Numbered from the stretch's first letter, positions 1-9,102 are shown. The stretch is DNA of 20,000 bases from an uncultured virus (IMG/VR IMGVR_UViG_3300001765_000140) (IMGVR_UViG_3300001765_000140); one strand, 5' to 3'. Notes: a model not told the origin generated them from the letters alone. Translations and numbers: made by a program.

Positions 1-851
1 CATCCTTTGTAATCTACAAAGAAGCACTTTGCCGCCCCAAATCTCCTAACAAACTCATCCCTCAACGCCTTGCCTGCAGCGTCAGTGTCTACAGCTAGAA
101 CAATCTTTCTTAATTTCGGAAGCTTGTTTGCCTGTCTCCACTTATCATCGAACAAATCATAGTGATTGTTCAAATACTCCATGTTATTATTTCCCAACTG
201 AGCTCCGTTTGGCACTGACATCACGTTAGAAACTGATGACTCTATGTAAGACAGAGCATCCATTTCCCCTTCGACAATAATAATCGCGTCATTATCTTCC
301 CTGAGCGCATCTACATTGTAGAATATCAGCCTAGCATCCTTATACATCCGGAAATTCTTCTGACCATCCCTGTATTTAATGTTTGTCAGAACGCCCTTAT
401 CAAAGTAGTTAAACATAATGGTATTCAACTCCTTGTTAGCCTGAGGCATGTAGTTCAGTCCGGAAGTAACCCTCATTTTCTTAAGAGTTTCTATAGAAAT
501 GTGCCTGACATTAAGAAACCAAGCTGCAGTCCGGTCATCTATTTCATTGTACTCTACTTTAGGGGCGGGAAGTTTGTATTCCTTTTCCTTAATCCGGTTT
601 GTTGAGGCATTGAATGCGCTTGCATTAGCATATCTGTCGATAGCATACTTAGCCTCGCATCCGATGTTCTTGCAACTTGCTACCTGCTCTTCTAGATTTA
701 TCGATAAACTTTTATCGGTTTTATTCTTGCGGGTATTGTGACATTTAGGGCAGTGAGCTTTCCATTGACCGCTATTACGTCCAACGGGAACTTCAATACC
801 CAATTCAGCCCAAGATGCACCCACCATTGTTCCGTCTTTCGCTATAAACAT
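1..851 (-). CDS. T7 gp4/Twinkle-like DNA primase-helicase, N-terminal part (runs off the window edge)
   Basis: Hand translation from ATG at 851 (not in the ORF track): MFIAKDGTMVGASWAELGIEVP...HCPKC...SCKNIGC (Zn-binding domain), NIKYRDGQKNF, TOPRIM motifs IIVEGEMDALS, SVPNGA and VLAVDTDAAG; open to position 1. Confidence 0.92.
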   Translation of the reverse strand, partial: MFIAKDGTMVGASWAELGIEVPVGRNSGQWKAHCPKCHNTRKNKTDKSLSINLEEQVASCKNIGCEAKYAIDRYANASAFNASTNRIKEKEYKLPAPKVEYNEIDDRTAAWFLNVRHISIETLKKMRVTSGLNYMPQANKELNTIMFNYFDKGVLTNIKYRDGQKNFRMYKDARLIFYNVDALREDNDAIIIVEGEMDALSYIESSVSNVMSVPNGAQLGNNNMEYLNNHYDLFDDKWRQANKLPKLRKIVLAVDTDAAGKALRDEFVRRFGAAKCFFVDYKG

Positions 852-870
852 AATTAATCTCTATTTTTGA

Positions 871-1434
871 TTACTTCTTTAATTCGTTCAAATATTCGTC
901 AATAGTAACATCGTCAATCTCAATACATAATTCTGAGTTGTGCCATGTCTGAAAGTCTTTGAGAATCTTTTCAATCTCCTCATCCGTAATCTCCTTTGCT
1001 CGGCTATTAGCAAAGCTTTCTCCTGCACAGAAGCCAATATATAAGCCTAAGTGTGCAATATACTCAGGTTCATTCCTACTTTCAAGAACTTCCTTCGTGT
1101 GATTATTTGCATATTCTTCTGCTGTTATCTCCGCCCCCTGTTCACGCTTTGGCTTAACCTGTGAAGCCTTTGACTCCTCTGCCTCAAACGCATAACACTT
1201 ATTTTCATCCATTACTGTTGTATATGACTTAACTGCATCCATTAATCCTAATTTACAATCTGACCAATCATTTTCATATTTTAACGGAATTGCATTCTTA
1301 CAATTAATACAACAATGAATTATTCTTCCCTCAACCTGTGAAGTATCAGGCTTTGGGGAAATAGATTCTTTAGAAAAATATTTATTATAAAACTTTTCAA
1401 CTTGTTCTACGTTTTCACCTATTTTCTTTTTCAT
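871..1434 (-). CDS. hypothetical phage protein (mosaic, Cys-rich central module)
   Basis: 187-aa ORF, co-directional and tightly packed; CCxxC...C...C module; repeated EITxEE and SQV motifs. Confidence 0.75.
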   Translation of the reverse strand: MKKKIGENVEQVEKFYNKYFSKESISPKPDTSQVEGRIIHCCINCKNAIPLKYENDWSDCKLGLMDAVKSYTTVMDENKCYAFEAEESKASQVKPKREQGAEITAEEYANNHTKEVLESRNEPEYIAHLGLYIGFCAGESFANSRAKEITDEEIEKILKDFQTWHNSELCIEIDDVTIDEYLNELKK

Positions 1435-1744
1435 GAATTTTAATATATTCGTTTACTTTATTATGATGAATAAAATCAGCCATACCTGAATTACTATTCC
1501 ACCAATTTGCAAAATGTTGCAATCTTAATTTATCAATAGTTTCCTTCTCTTGCTCTCTTGGCTGTTCAGCCTTAATCAAATCACGTCTAATGATTTTAAG
1601 GTATTCTGAGTTAACAGAATCAGAGTTATTGTCAACATCCCATTTGATAATACATTCAATTATGTCTTTTATCTCTGCGTTGCTTGGCTGTTCAGGTTCA
1701 ATCTGATCAAGTTCATCGGCTATGGTATTTATATTATAACTCAT
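1415..1744 (-). CDS. hypothetical phage protein
   Basis: 109-aa ORF; starts 2 nt after the initiator stop and overlaps the next gene. Confidence 0.75.
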   Translation of the reverse strand: MSYNINTIADELDQIEPEQPSNAEIKDIIECIIKWDVDNNSDSVNSEYLKIIRRDLIKAEQPREQEKETIDKLRLQHFANWWNSNSGMADFIHHNKVNEYIKIHEKENR

Positions 1745-1746
1745 AG

Positions 1747-2562
1747 TTAAATTTTATTAAAGAATCCTTCTTCTGCCTTATCGAACTGAGCCTGAGTGAT
1801 TACTCTAGTCCGACCATATATGTCACGCACCTTAAAGACTGCCTCGTTACTAGGAACGGCATTCTCTTCGGCTGTAGTAACATCGTTTTCAGTAAGCACA
1901 CGCTGAACTCCGCCCTTAGGTATCTCATTCAGATAGGTGTCAAAGTGAGACGGTCTGAATAAGGTATCGGGTCTAATAAATAAGCGCATTTTGTCGTCAG
2001 TACTCCATTGATTGTGCTTCCATGTAATAACCTTTTCAAAATCCTCCTTAGTGTGACCCTCATCAAGCCTGCCCCTTACGAGCTTTCTGTAGGCTTCGGT
2101 CTTTATCTTTAGGTTTTTACGTGTAATTTTGTTGAACATTTCCAATATCTCAGTAATGATCGGTTCTTGTTTTTCTTTTTCCCTGAATTTCTGAGTGCGC
2201 GGAGTCGAGCTCAGCGTAGTATGTTGATATTTTTCCCAATTATTTACCCGCATAAAGCCTTCGTCATCGACGACTAGCAGTCTATAATCGGAACTTGAAA
2301 ATTCGTTTATAATTGTTCTGATGAAGTCAATGCCATGAGTAATAGCGACAACATCAAAAATGGATAGCAGAGATAGATCGTCGTGAGGCTGATCTTCGCT
2401 CTGATTAAAAGCACCGGACATCTTAGTGGCTTGAGTTAAGATCATATGCCACATCCAATAGATCGCGAATACGTCTTTGCCGTATTTGTGATATAATTTC
2501 TTAAACTTTACATCAGTTATCATATCAATTGTACATCTGTAATAAGGTGTGAATAAAGCCAT
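1747..2562 (-). CDS. phage replication initiator (N-terminal wHTH/replisome-organizer-like domain plus Phg_2220_C domain)
   Basis: C-terminal EILEMFNKIT...RGRLDEGHTKEDFEKVI...W..DDKMRLFIRPDTLF..HFDTYLNE matches the Phg_2220_C pattern; NWEKYQ..SSTPRTQKFREK is typical of the N-domain end; near the primase-helicase. Confidence 0.85.
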   Translation of the reverse strand: MALFTPYYRCTIDMITDVKFKKLYHKYGKDVFAIYWMWHMILTQATKMSGAFNQSEDQPHDDLSLLSIFDVVAITHGIDFIRTIINEFSSSDYRLLVVDDEGFMRVNNWEKYQHTTLSSTPRTQKFREKEKQEPIITEILEMFNKITRKNLKIKTEAYRKLVRGRLDEGHTKEDFEKVITWKHNQWSTDDKMRLFIRPDTLFRPSHFDTYLNEIPKGGVQRVLTENDVTTAEENAVPSNEAVFKVRDIYGRTRVITQAQFDKAEEGFFNKI

Positions 2563-2582
2563 TGTCGTGTAGGTTTTAGATA

Positions 2583-2619
2583 AGTTAAATAAGCCCCTCT
2601 CTAATGAAAGAGAAGGGCT
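2583..2619 (-). terminator. intrinsic terminator after the SSB-like gene
   Basis: Minus-strand hairpin AGCCCTTCTCT/AGAGAGGGGCT (11 bp, one G-U) followed by a T-rich tail. Confidence 0.65.
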
Positions 2620-2641
2620 GTAATCTTAAATTAATTTGGGA

Positions 2642-3027
2642 CTAAAATGGAAGATCGTCCTCATTCTGAGAATCATTCTCCGGCAAGCTAGACTTGTTTT
2701 GTTCCGGAGCACTATCACCCGTAGGAAGTGGAGCTGATTTTTTAACTCCGTCAGCCTTAATCCTCCATCCGTTAAGAGAGGTGAAACATCTTTCGCCATT
2801 CTTTGTTTCAGCGACATTGCCCCTGATATTGACGTCAACAGATACCATCTGCCCTTTTTTCAGACCATTAAGGAGCGCACATTTGTCCTTGACAAATTCA
2901 ACTGAAATTGTCTGAGGATATCGATCTCGATCCAAAGCTCACGCTTACTGAATGTGTCACTGATCTGATTAATGTCACAAACCTTTACGATTTTTCCTGC
3001 GAGTGTTAATCCTGTACTTTCTGCCAT
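2642..3027 (-). pseudogene. DUF3127 family SSB-like OB-fold protein, split by a frameshift near 2920
   Basis: ATG at 3027 gives MAESTGLTLAGKIVKV...FSKRELWIEID; the -1 frame continues YPQTISVEFVKDKC...FTSLNGWRI...EDDLPF (acidic SSB-type tail). Real lesion versus sequence error is unresolved. Confidence 0.8.
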
Positions 3028-3065
3028 AATTGAAAATTGTTTTTAGTGTAAATGAATAATTAGTG

Positions 3066-3368
3066 TTAAATATTTCCCAAACGTAAATTGAATTCTGTTA
3101 CAAGTGATCGAGATTTCCCTGTAATCACATGTTGCCTGCTGATTCCTGGCTTGCGGTCTCTTGCTATTTTTACCCATCCGCCTGCAACTAGACGCCTCAT
3201 TGCGTCAATCATTGTTGGCTTAGAAGCCGGAACATGCATCATCACTGCATACTGTGTGAACATTGGATTCTCAGAGCCCCAAAGAATGATGTCCACTTCA
3301 TACTTTTTAAGGCTGTTCTTGTCGGCAAATTCGCTGACCAACTGCTGAAAGCTTCCTATCTTAATCAT
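3066..3368 (-). CDS. winged-helix (MarR-like) DNA-binding protein
   Basis: SKPTMIDAMRRLVAGGWVKIARD...HVIT wHTH pattern; probable start MIKIG at 3368 overlapping the upstream stop. Confidence 0.6.
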   Translation of the reverse strand: MIKIGSFQQLVSEFADKNSLKKYEVDIILWGSENPMFTQYAVMMHVPASKPTMIDAMRRLVAGGWVKIARDRKPGISRQHVITGKSRSLVTEFNLRLGNI

Positions 3369-3984
3369 TGAAATTCCCTTCAACAAAATCACTTATACTA
3401 AGTGTGGACTCATTATAGAGTAATAAAAGAGCTATCAACTCCTTCTTATCAGCAGGATATTTTTTGATCTCTACTATCTCTGCCCATACTCCGCTCTTGT
3501 AAATCGCACCACCATATCCATCGGTAAGATAACTACGATCACTACCATAGTGATAACGCATTTTAGTAAAGTCGCCCACCTGCTTAATCTTACCATCATT
3601 AAGATACTTAGTACCTGTTTTATAACCCTTGTGTTCTGCAATTTCAAGAAGATATGTTGACATGTCTGCTATTTTCATGAACGCATTTTCTCTAGAGAAT
3701 ACAAACACATTTGCTCCCTGACCTACAATGACGGCATTTCTATAGGTTTCTATTGACCTAAACGCCAACACTACGAATGGAATATCTCTCTCCGGATATG
3801 CTCCCGATTTAAACCCCTCGAAATTTTTTCCATATGTATGTGTGGTACATACAGCGCCTTCATTAACACACAGTACATAGTCTCCAACAGAGTAGTTTCC
3901 GCATGAGTTTTTAACTGAACATACTTCCTTTTTTTCATACAATATACCGTCTACCTCAATGTAGTTTTTTTCAATTTTTCGCAT
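3361..3984 (-). CDS. hypothetical phage protein
   Basis: 207-aa ORF in operon with an AT-rich leader. Confidence 0.8.
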   Translation of the reverse strand: MRKIEKNYIEVDGILYEKKEVCSVKNSCGNYSVGDYVLCVNEGAVCTTHTYGKNFEGFKSGAYPERDIPFVVLAFRSIETYRNAVIVGQGANVFVFSRENAFMKIADMSTYLLEIAEHKGYKTGTKYLNDGKIKQVGDFTKMRYHYGSDRSYLTDGYGGAIYKSGVWAEIVEIKKYPADKKELIALLLLYNESTLSISDFVEGNFND

Positions 3985-3999
3985 TTTATTTTTATTAAA

Positions 4000-4842
4000 T
4001 TATTTACTATAAATTCCATCAATATAAACCACTTTTCTTTCCGGAGTCAATCGGCTATAAATACAGCCTGTAAGCAGAGGGCACTTCTTGCATCTTTTCA
4101 TGTTTGGCTTAGGAATGAATCCTTTTTCCATACACTGATTAATGCCGATAAGAGTGGATTCAATAAGCTTCTCTATTTCAGCCATTGCATAGTCAAAATC
4201 ATAGAGATTGACCTGCCAAAACTCGTAATCTACATCGTTAGTAGTTGAATGAATGAGGAAGTAAAACGGCATGTCTCTTACCCCAAGAACCTTCAACGCT
4301 AGGTATTTGTAGAAAACAACCTGAATGGTTAGCTTATTACGGAGATTAAATGAGTTTTCTTCCCATCCGTATTCTTCCCACTGATTACCAATAAGCCCTG
4401 ATGATTTGATGTCCACTATACATGGTTCACCTTTGATTGTTCCGAAGATATCCAAGACACCCTTAACCCGATAATTCATTTCCGGATAGTTTAGCTGCAA
4501 CACCTTACCTGTCTCATATATTTCCAATCCTTCTGTTTGCGCTAGAAGTTTGAAGTTAGCAGCCTGCTGCTCCATTCGTTTTGCTTCTGCTGTAGGTTTT
4601 CCGGTGGAAGTCTGAGGCATTGGCGGCGTGCTACCATCCCTGTTAAGAGCTCCTGTGCATAAATACTCGAAATATTGTCCAAGTAACATGCGGTCAGAAG
4701 GAATGGATGGAACTCGTCTAGTAACATCCGTATCGCGCAATACAATGCCGCAATAAGAACTATCACTATAGTCCCACCATTTCTTAATGAGAGAGGCGGA
4801 GATACTGATCTCTATTTTATCAGCACTCTCCAACCCTAACAT
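4000..4842 (-). CDS. PD-(D/E)XK exonuclease, Cas4/RecB-like, probable Fe-S cluster
   Basis: ISASLIK..C, GVLD..IVDIKS, QVVFY and C-terminal CKKCPLLTGC; probable start MLGLE at 4842, just after the ERF stop. Confidence 0.85.
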   Translation of the reverse strand: MLGLESADKIEISISASLIKKWWDYSDSSYCGIVLRDTDVTRRVPSIPSDRMLLGQYFEYLCTGALNRDGSTPPMPQTSTGKPTAEAKRMEQQAANFKLLAQTEGLEIYETGKVLQLNYPEMNYRVKGVLDIFGTIKGEPCIVDIKSSGLIGNQWEEYGWEENSFNLRNKLTIQVVFYKYLALKVLGVRDMPFYFLIHSTTNDVDYEFWQVNLYDFDYAMAEIEKLIESTLIGINQCMEKGFIPKPNMKRCKKCPLLTGCIYSRLTPERKVVYIDGIYSK

Positions 4843-4858
4843 TTCGCTTATATCCTGA

Positions 4859-5530
4859 TTACTCAGTTGCTGCTCCGGCATCTGTTGATTTTTTATCAGC
4901 CTTTGGGGCTTTGTATTTTCCACCCATCTTAATTACAGCAGCCTTGAAGTCAGAGTCTGTCTGAAAATCTGAGTTAGAAGTCCATAGTGCGGTTACGCTA
5001 GCCAAGTCCTTGCAGGCATTTACGCTTGCAACAAGAGTTTTTACTGCATCAGCACGCTTATCAGCAGCAGCGGCGGGAGTCTCGTTCTTTTCCTGAAACG
5101 CATCCGGATCGTCTTTGTCGGTAGGAATATTGAACTGCTTAAGAACAAAATACTTTTCAGCATAAGTCATAGCCTTTCCAACACCCTTTTCTCCGGCAAT
5201 GTCAACACCCTGACCATACCAAGGAAGTTCAAGAGTTTGTCCGGTCTCTGTATCAATCCATGTGAATGTAATCCAAAGTTCGGTGAAGTAGGTGATACGC
5301 TTTTTCTTTTCATCGCCCTCTTCATGAATAATCAGATTGGAGTTAGTCACCTTGGCTGTCAGAATAAGACCAACCTCATTCATCTTTTCCCTGACAGAAG
5401 TCAGAACCTGAGACGAAGAGGTGTATTTATACTGTGCGCCTTGTGCTACTTTTTGGAGGTAAGCTACTGCTTTTTTAACCTCAAGCAACTTTTTGAACAG
5501 GGAATTGCTATCCTGTTTTGTTTCTGCCAT
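4859..5530 (-). CDS. erf: ERF-family ssDNA annealing protein
   Basis: YKYTS, GQGVD..EKGVGKAMTYAEKYFVLKQFNIPT.DDPD ERF signature; adjacent to an exonuclease. Confidence 0.9.
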   Translation of the reverse strand: MAETKQDSNSLFKKLLEVKKAVAYLQKVAQGAQYKYTSSSQVLTSVREKMNEVGLILTAKVTNSNLIIHEEGDEKKKRITYFTELWITFTWIDTETGQTLELPWYGQGVDIAGEKGVGKAMTYAEKYFVLKQFNIPTDKDDPDAFQEKNETPAAAADKRADAVKTLVASVNACKDLASVTALWTSNSDFQTDSDFKAAVIKMGGKYKAPKADKKSTDAGAATE

Positions 5531-5567
5531 ACATGTAGATTTAAATGAATAAAATTGAAATAGAATA

Positions 5568-5599
5568 CAAAGATAAGTAAAATTTATGACATATGCAAA
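5568..5599 (-). promoter_or_regulatory. Bacteroidota primary-sigma promoter for the recombination/replication operon
   Basis: TTTG-N20-TATCTTTG on the minus strand. Confidence 0.85.
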
Positions 5600-5614
5600 T
5601 ATTTACTCAGTTAT

Positions 5615-5875
5615 CTAGGGTTTAAAAGCACTAGCGTCATGCCAAATAGTTTTGACACCTTTGACAATGTACTTAGTAGCAACATTCTTAGCATGCGAGT
5701 TAGAAAGTCTACCCACCACAATAATATCGGTAGCTATAGATTGCCTAAACATGGTATTGTGAGATTTAAGAGCTCCACGCATTAAGCGTCTTACTGATTT
5801 GCCGGAAATATAACTTCCGCTCTGCTCTTTCATTTTACCTACAAACGGTTTGTTTGGATTCATAGTTTTTGCCAT
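5615..5875 (-). CDS. hypothetical basic protein
   Basis: 86-aa ORF with AT-rich leader. Confidence 0.7.
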   Translation of the reverse strand: MAKTMNPNKPFVGKMKEQSGSYISGKSVRRLMRGALKSHNTMFRQSIATDIIVVGRLSNSHAKNVATKYIVKGVKTIWHDASAFKP

Positions 5876-5887
5876 AGTAATAATAAT

Positions 5888-6037
5888 TTATTGTTTACAA
5901 ACTTTATTAATAAAATCAATTTCATCCTGTGATAAATGCGACTTCTCAAATTGCTCAATAGCCTGCGCATCCGAACTGTCATCGTCTATAATGATATCAT
6001 CTGCTATGATGACGTCATCGTTATTTAGCATGCTCAT
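5888..6037 (-). CDS. small acidic protein (49 aa)
   Basis: Hand translation: MSMLNNDDVIIADDIIIDDDSSDAQAIEQFEKSHLSQDEIDFINKVCKQ. Confidence 0.6.
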   Translation of the reverse strand: MSMLNNDDVIIADDIIIDDDSSDAQAIEQFEKSHLSQDEIDFINKVCKQ

Positions 6038-6174
6038 TATCTGTCTTCCTCAATGCCTTAAGTTTATCTTTATATTTAAATGTTAATTGATAGGATATTT
6101 GTTGAGCCTCAATTTCTTGCGGAAAGAATTCCTCCGGAAGATTCTGATTAACTTTGCGTCCCTTAAACCAAACA

Positions 6175-7062
6175 TCATTCTTTTGGTATAAAGTTTAAAA
6201 TCCAAGCTACTACTTTGGTTGTGAAACCATTTCCGATCATCTTATAACGCTGAGTTTCGCTTATGCCATCCACATCAGTCCATCCGGTAGGCAATGTCTG
6301 CAGTCTCTCGCATTCCCATGGAGTTAATCTTCTACCAAGTTGCTCAATCACACCATACGGAACTCCCTTCCACATGTTTGCGGTAAGCGGTGACGATTTG
6401 TGATCAAGTTTATTCGGCATAAAATTCCATCTAGACTTGCCACCTAATCCTATCCGGCTCATATAAGCTATTGCCTTCTCAGATAGGAAGTATCGAGTTG
6501 CATTCGATATCGGATCGCATTCATTCATGATCACATCCATCAGAACTTCGGCATTAAAATCAGGTAATTGCAGCATATCGACAGGAATGTTTGTCCAATA
6601 CAGGCGATCTCGGTTCTGTGCTGAGAACAGATTTGAGTTGATCCTGATGGGCTGACATCCCATAGCTTCGGACATTTTATCCCTGTCGGATATGCGCATG
6701 GAAGCAACATTCTCCAATAAAAAGTACTTGAAATTTCCCTCATTCTTAATCCGGACGTATTCGTAAAACAATGATGACTGATCGCCTTTAAGCCCCTGAC
6801 CATTGCCTGCAGAACTAAGGTTGGTGCATGGAGAGCCGCCGATAAGCAGATCAAACTGATCAAACTGATATCCACTAACAAGCCTAACATCACCCATGTT
6901 TCTATAAAACGGCACTCTTTCGTCAGCAACATCGCTTGCATAAGGATCGATTTCCGATGCATAGTATTCAATACTGCGACCCTCAGTAAGACCTGCCTTG
7001 CGTAGCGCATCATAAGTCATTGCGCAGCCATCAAATAAACTAAGAACTCTGAAATTTTTCAT
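6175..7062 (-). CDS. DNA (cytosine-5)-methyltransferase, orphan
   Basis: Motifs I LSLFDG, IV GGSPC, VI LLENV, VIII QNRDRLYW, IX RRLTPWECERLQ and X IGNG. Confidence 0.95.
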   Translation of the reverse strand: MKNFRVLSLFDGCAMTYDALRKAGLTEGRSIEYYASEIDPYASDVADERVPFYRNMGDVRLVSGYQFDQFDLLIGGSPCTNLSSAGNGQGLKGDQSSLFYEYVRIKNEGNFKYFLLENVASMRISDRDKMSEAMGCQPIRINSNLFSAQNRDRLYWTNIPVDMLQLPDFNAEVLMDVIMNECDPISNATRYFLSEKAIAYMSRIGLGGKSRWNFMPNKLDHKSSPLTANMWKGVPYGVIEQLGRRLTPWECERLQTLPTGWTDVDGISETQRYKMIGNGFTTKVVAWILNFIPKE

Positions 7063-7081
7063 TGTCGTGTAAATTTATTGG

Positions 7082-7828
7082 TTATTCAAATTCAGAAAAT
7101 ATTACATTGTACTCCGGATTAGGAGCAATATGATCTATTAGGAATGTATGAACCTTTTTGAGAGAGTCCATGCGTCTCACCGGAGGAGCGTTTTTAAGGG
7201 CATAGGTGAGGTGATTGTACAGCGACCATATTGTGCGAGCCTTAAATGAATCAAAGCTCGGAGAACGAAGCTCAGCTATAGCAGCGTTCAATTCTACGCC
7301 TGAAATCAACTCGTGTTCAACATATATTCTCCCAAGCAGTTCCGACTCCGACCTAAGATCGGTATGAAATCTCTGCATGAGGCGAGTATCGTTGATAGCT
7401 TTCTGAAATGCTCCCTCAATAGATTCAACAGCTACTTTGATCAGATTCTTAAGATCAGCACCTATGCCTGAGGTATGTTTCCGGTATGAGAATATTTCAC
7501 CCACAACCATTCCATTGCCACAAACAAATACATGAGCACCGCTAACCAATTTGATAGGCAGGTGTTTGTTATAGCTGTTCATATAGGCAAACATCTGACA
7601 AAACGGCAAACTATCATCAGTGCCTTCCTTGTACAACTTCATATGCCCAACAATCTCATCACCATCCCTTGCTTCGGTAACGTGATTAGTTAATACTGAA
7701 TAACCCTGAGCATTCAGTTCGGCAATAATAGCCGTAATCAAGTCCATGTGAGGAATTGGACAGTAAGATTTCGTAGTAGCAGGCACGAGTGCGCTGTCAG
7801 ACCAATGTAAACCGCGTGATTTTTTCAT
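7082..7828 (-). CDS. DUF932/DUF945 family protein
   Basis: SYCPIPH, NSYNK...GAHVFVCGNGM and TIWSLYNHLT pattern; probable start MKKSRG at 7828. Confidence 0.8.
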   Translation of the reverse strand: MKKSRGLHWSDSALVPATTKSYCPIPHMDLITAIIAELNAQGYSVLTNHVTEARDGDEIVGHMKLYKEGTDDSLPFCQMFAYMNSYNKHLPIKLVSGAHVFVCGNGMVVGEIFSYRKHTSGIGADLKNLIKVAVESIEGAFQKAINDTRLMQRFHTDLRSESELLGRIYVEHELISGVELNAAIAELRSPSFDSFKARTIWSLYNHLTYALKNAPPVRRMDSLKKVHTFLIDHIAPNPEYNVIFSEFE

Positions 7829-7832
7829 AGTG

Positions 7833-7865
7833 CAAATGTATAACAAATTAATTGATTAATCCAAA
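7833..7865 (-). promoter_or_regulatory. Bacteroidota promoter directly abutting the DUF932 ATG
   Basis: TTTG-N21-TACATTTG followed by CACT-ATG. Confidence 0.8.
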
Positions 7866-7872
7866 TTATTTC

Positions 7873-7911
7873 AAAATAAAATCAGGGCATAGCATTAAAA
7901 CCACGCCCTAA
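7873..7911 (-). terminator. intrinsic terminator
   Basis: Minus-strand hairpin AGGGCGTGG/CTATGCCCT followed by GATTTTATTTT. Confidence 0.75.
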
Positions 7912-7920
7912 TTATCATGC

Positions 7921-8880
7921 TTAAGCCTGAGATTTGTATGCATCATAGATAGCTTTCGCCTCTCTAAGCCCAAGACCTGTGCGATCTTTGATATGCTTAA
8001 CGGCTTCAAGATTTCTACCGCTAGCCATCATCATTTTCTCTTCCTGAGTTATGAGGGTGGACGCTGCATCATTAAGCATTACGGCAAACGCTTCAATATC
8101 TCCTTTTACGAGTGTATCAAAAATAGTAGTGCCATCCTTAACATCCTCGATTGAGTCAGCGTGAAACATGTTGTACTTACCATCCTCAAACAAGAAATAT
8201 AGCATTTTACCTATATTAGTTCTTACCTGCTGAGAATGATTGTACATGTTATCGTTCCATGCAAACCCGCGTCTAAATGCAAGTAGTTGAACATACTCCT
8301 GACCTGTTGGAGAACTAGTAGCTATTGCAAATGAAGGACGCTCTTTTTTATTTATAGCGGCTGTCAGTTCTATTATCCGGTTTTTGAGTTTTGTATTCTC
8401 GCATGTTAGCTCGTTTATATCCAACAACAGCCTAGAGCTATTAAGTCCGGCATTTTTTAACTCACCACTTATAGATTCAATACGCTCTCTAGCTTTAGCA
8501 GTATTACTAAGGCTAAGTAAAAGCGCCTCACGTGATGATCTGTACTCTTTTTCAAAATAATTAGCCTTAGTCTGTAGCTCAGAATTATCTTTAGCTGTTT
8601 CTATGCCGTCAATATAAATCCGGTAGCGATCTGCATGAATAAGCGGCACGTTGCTGTCGGTTACATGAAAACCCTGCTCACGCTTACCCTTGCGATCCGC
8701 CTGAGAGCCTCTAACCCTGATACTGTACTTGCTGCCATTCAATGCCTTCTTAAGCATAGCAATAAACAGTTCAGCAATAGGATTCTTTTTGATATTAAAC
8801 ACAAATGCGTGTCCTTCGTCTGTACGACCAACTTCAAGTTGATCAACAATAGCCTGATGAATGTTTCCTAATTTTGTCAT
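7921..8880 (-). CDS. coiled-coil protein with a C-terminal ribosomal L7/L12-CTD-like motif
   Basis: C-terminal GRNLEAVKHIKDRTGLGLREAKAIYD; heptad-rich middle region. Confidence 0.7.
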   Translation of the reverse strand: MTKLGNIHQAIVDQLEVGRTDEGHAFVFNIKKNPIAELFIAMLKKALNGSKYSIRVRGSQADRKGKREQGFHVTDSNVPLIHADRYRIYIDGIETAKDNSELQTKANYFEKEYRSSREALLLSLSNTAKARERIESISGELKNAGLNSSRLLLDINELTCENTKLKNRIIELTAAINKKERPSFAIATSSPTGQEYVQLLAFRRGFAWNDNMYNHSQQVRTNIGKMLYFLFEDGKYNMFHADSIEDVKDGTTIFDTLVKGDIEAFAVMLNDAASTLITQEEKMMMASGRNLEAVKHIKDRTGLGLREAKAIYDAYKSQA

Positions 8881-8883
8881 GGT

Positions 8884-9102
8884 TTATTTATTAAGTATTT
8901 CGTTTACTGATTCCTGATGTAGTATGCATATATGCCAATCAGTCACATTGCCACTGCAATTGCGAGCCGGATTAAACATAAGGGTAAAGGGTTCGTTCTT
9001 ATTGTAAGAACTTATTGCGCTTTCCATAGCCTCATCACAGGTCTTGCACTTGCTCCACCTGTTGATCTGCTTCATTACGATCCTGAGAAATTTAGTTTTC
9101 AT
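8884..9102 (-). CDS. hypothetical protein
   Basis: 72-aa ORF, TAATG-coupled to the upstream gene. Confidence 0.7.
   Translation of the reverse strand: MKTKFLRIVMKQINRWSKCKTCDEAMESAISSYNKNEPFTLMFNPARNCSGNVTDWHICILHQESVNEILNK

Noticed and set aside
4000..4842. CRISPR-Cas locus suggested by the Cas4-like gene
   Set aside because: No cas1/cas2 or array; the ERF neighbour indicates a recombination exonuclease
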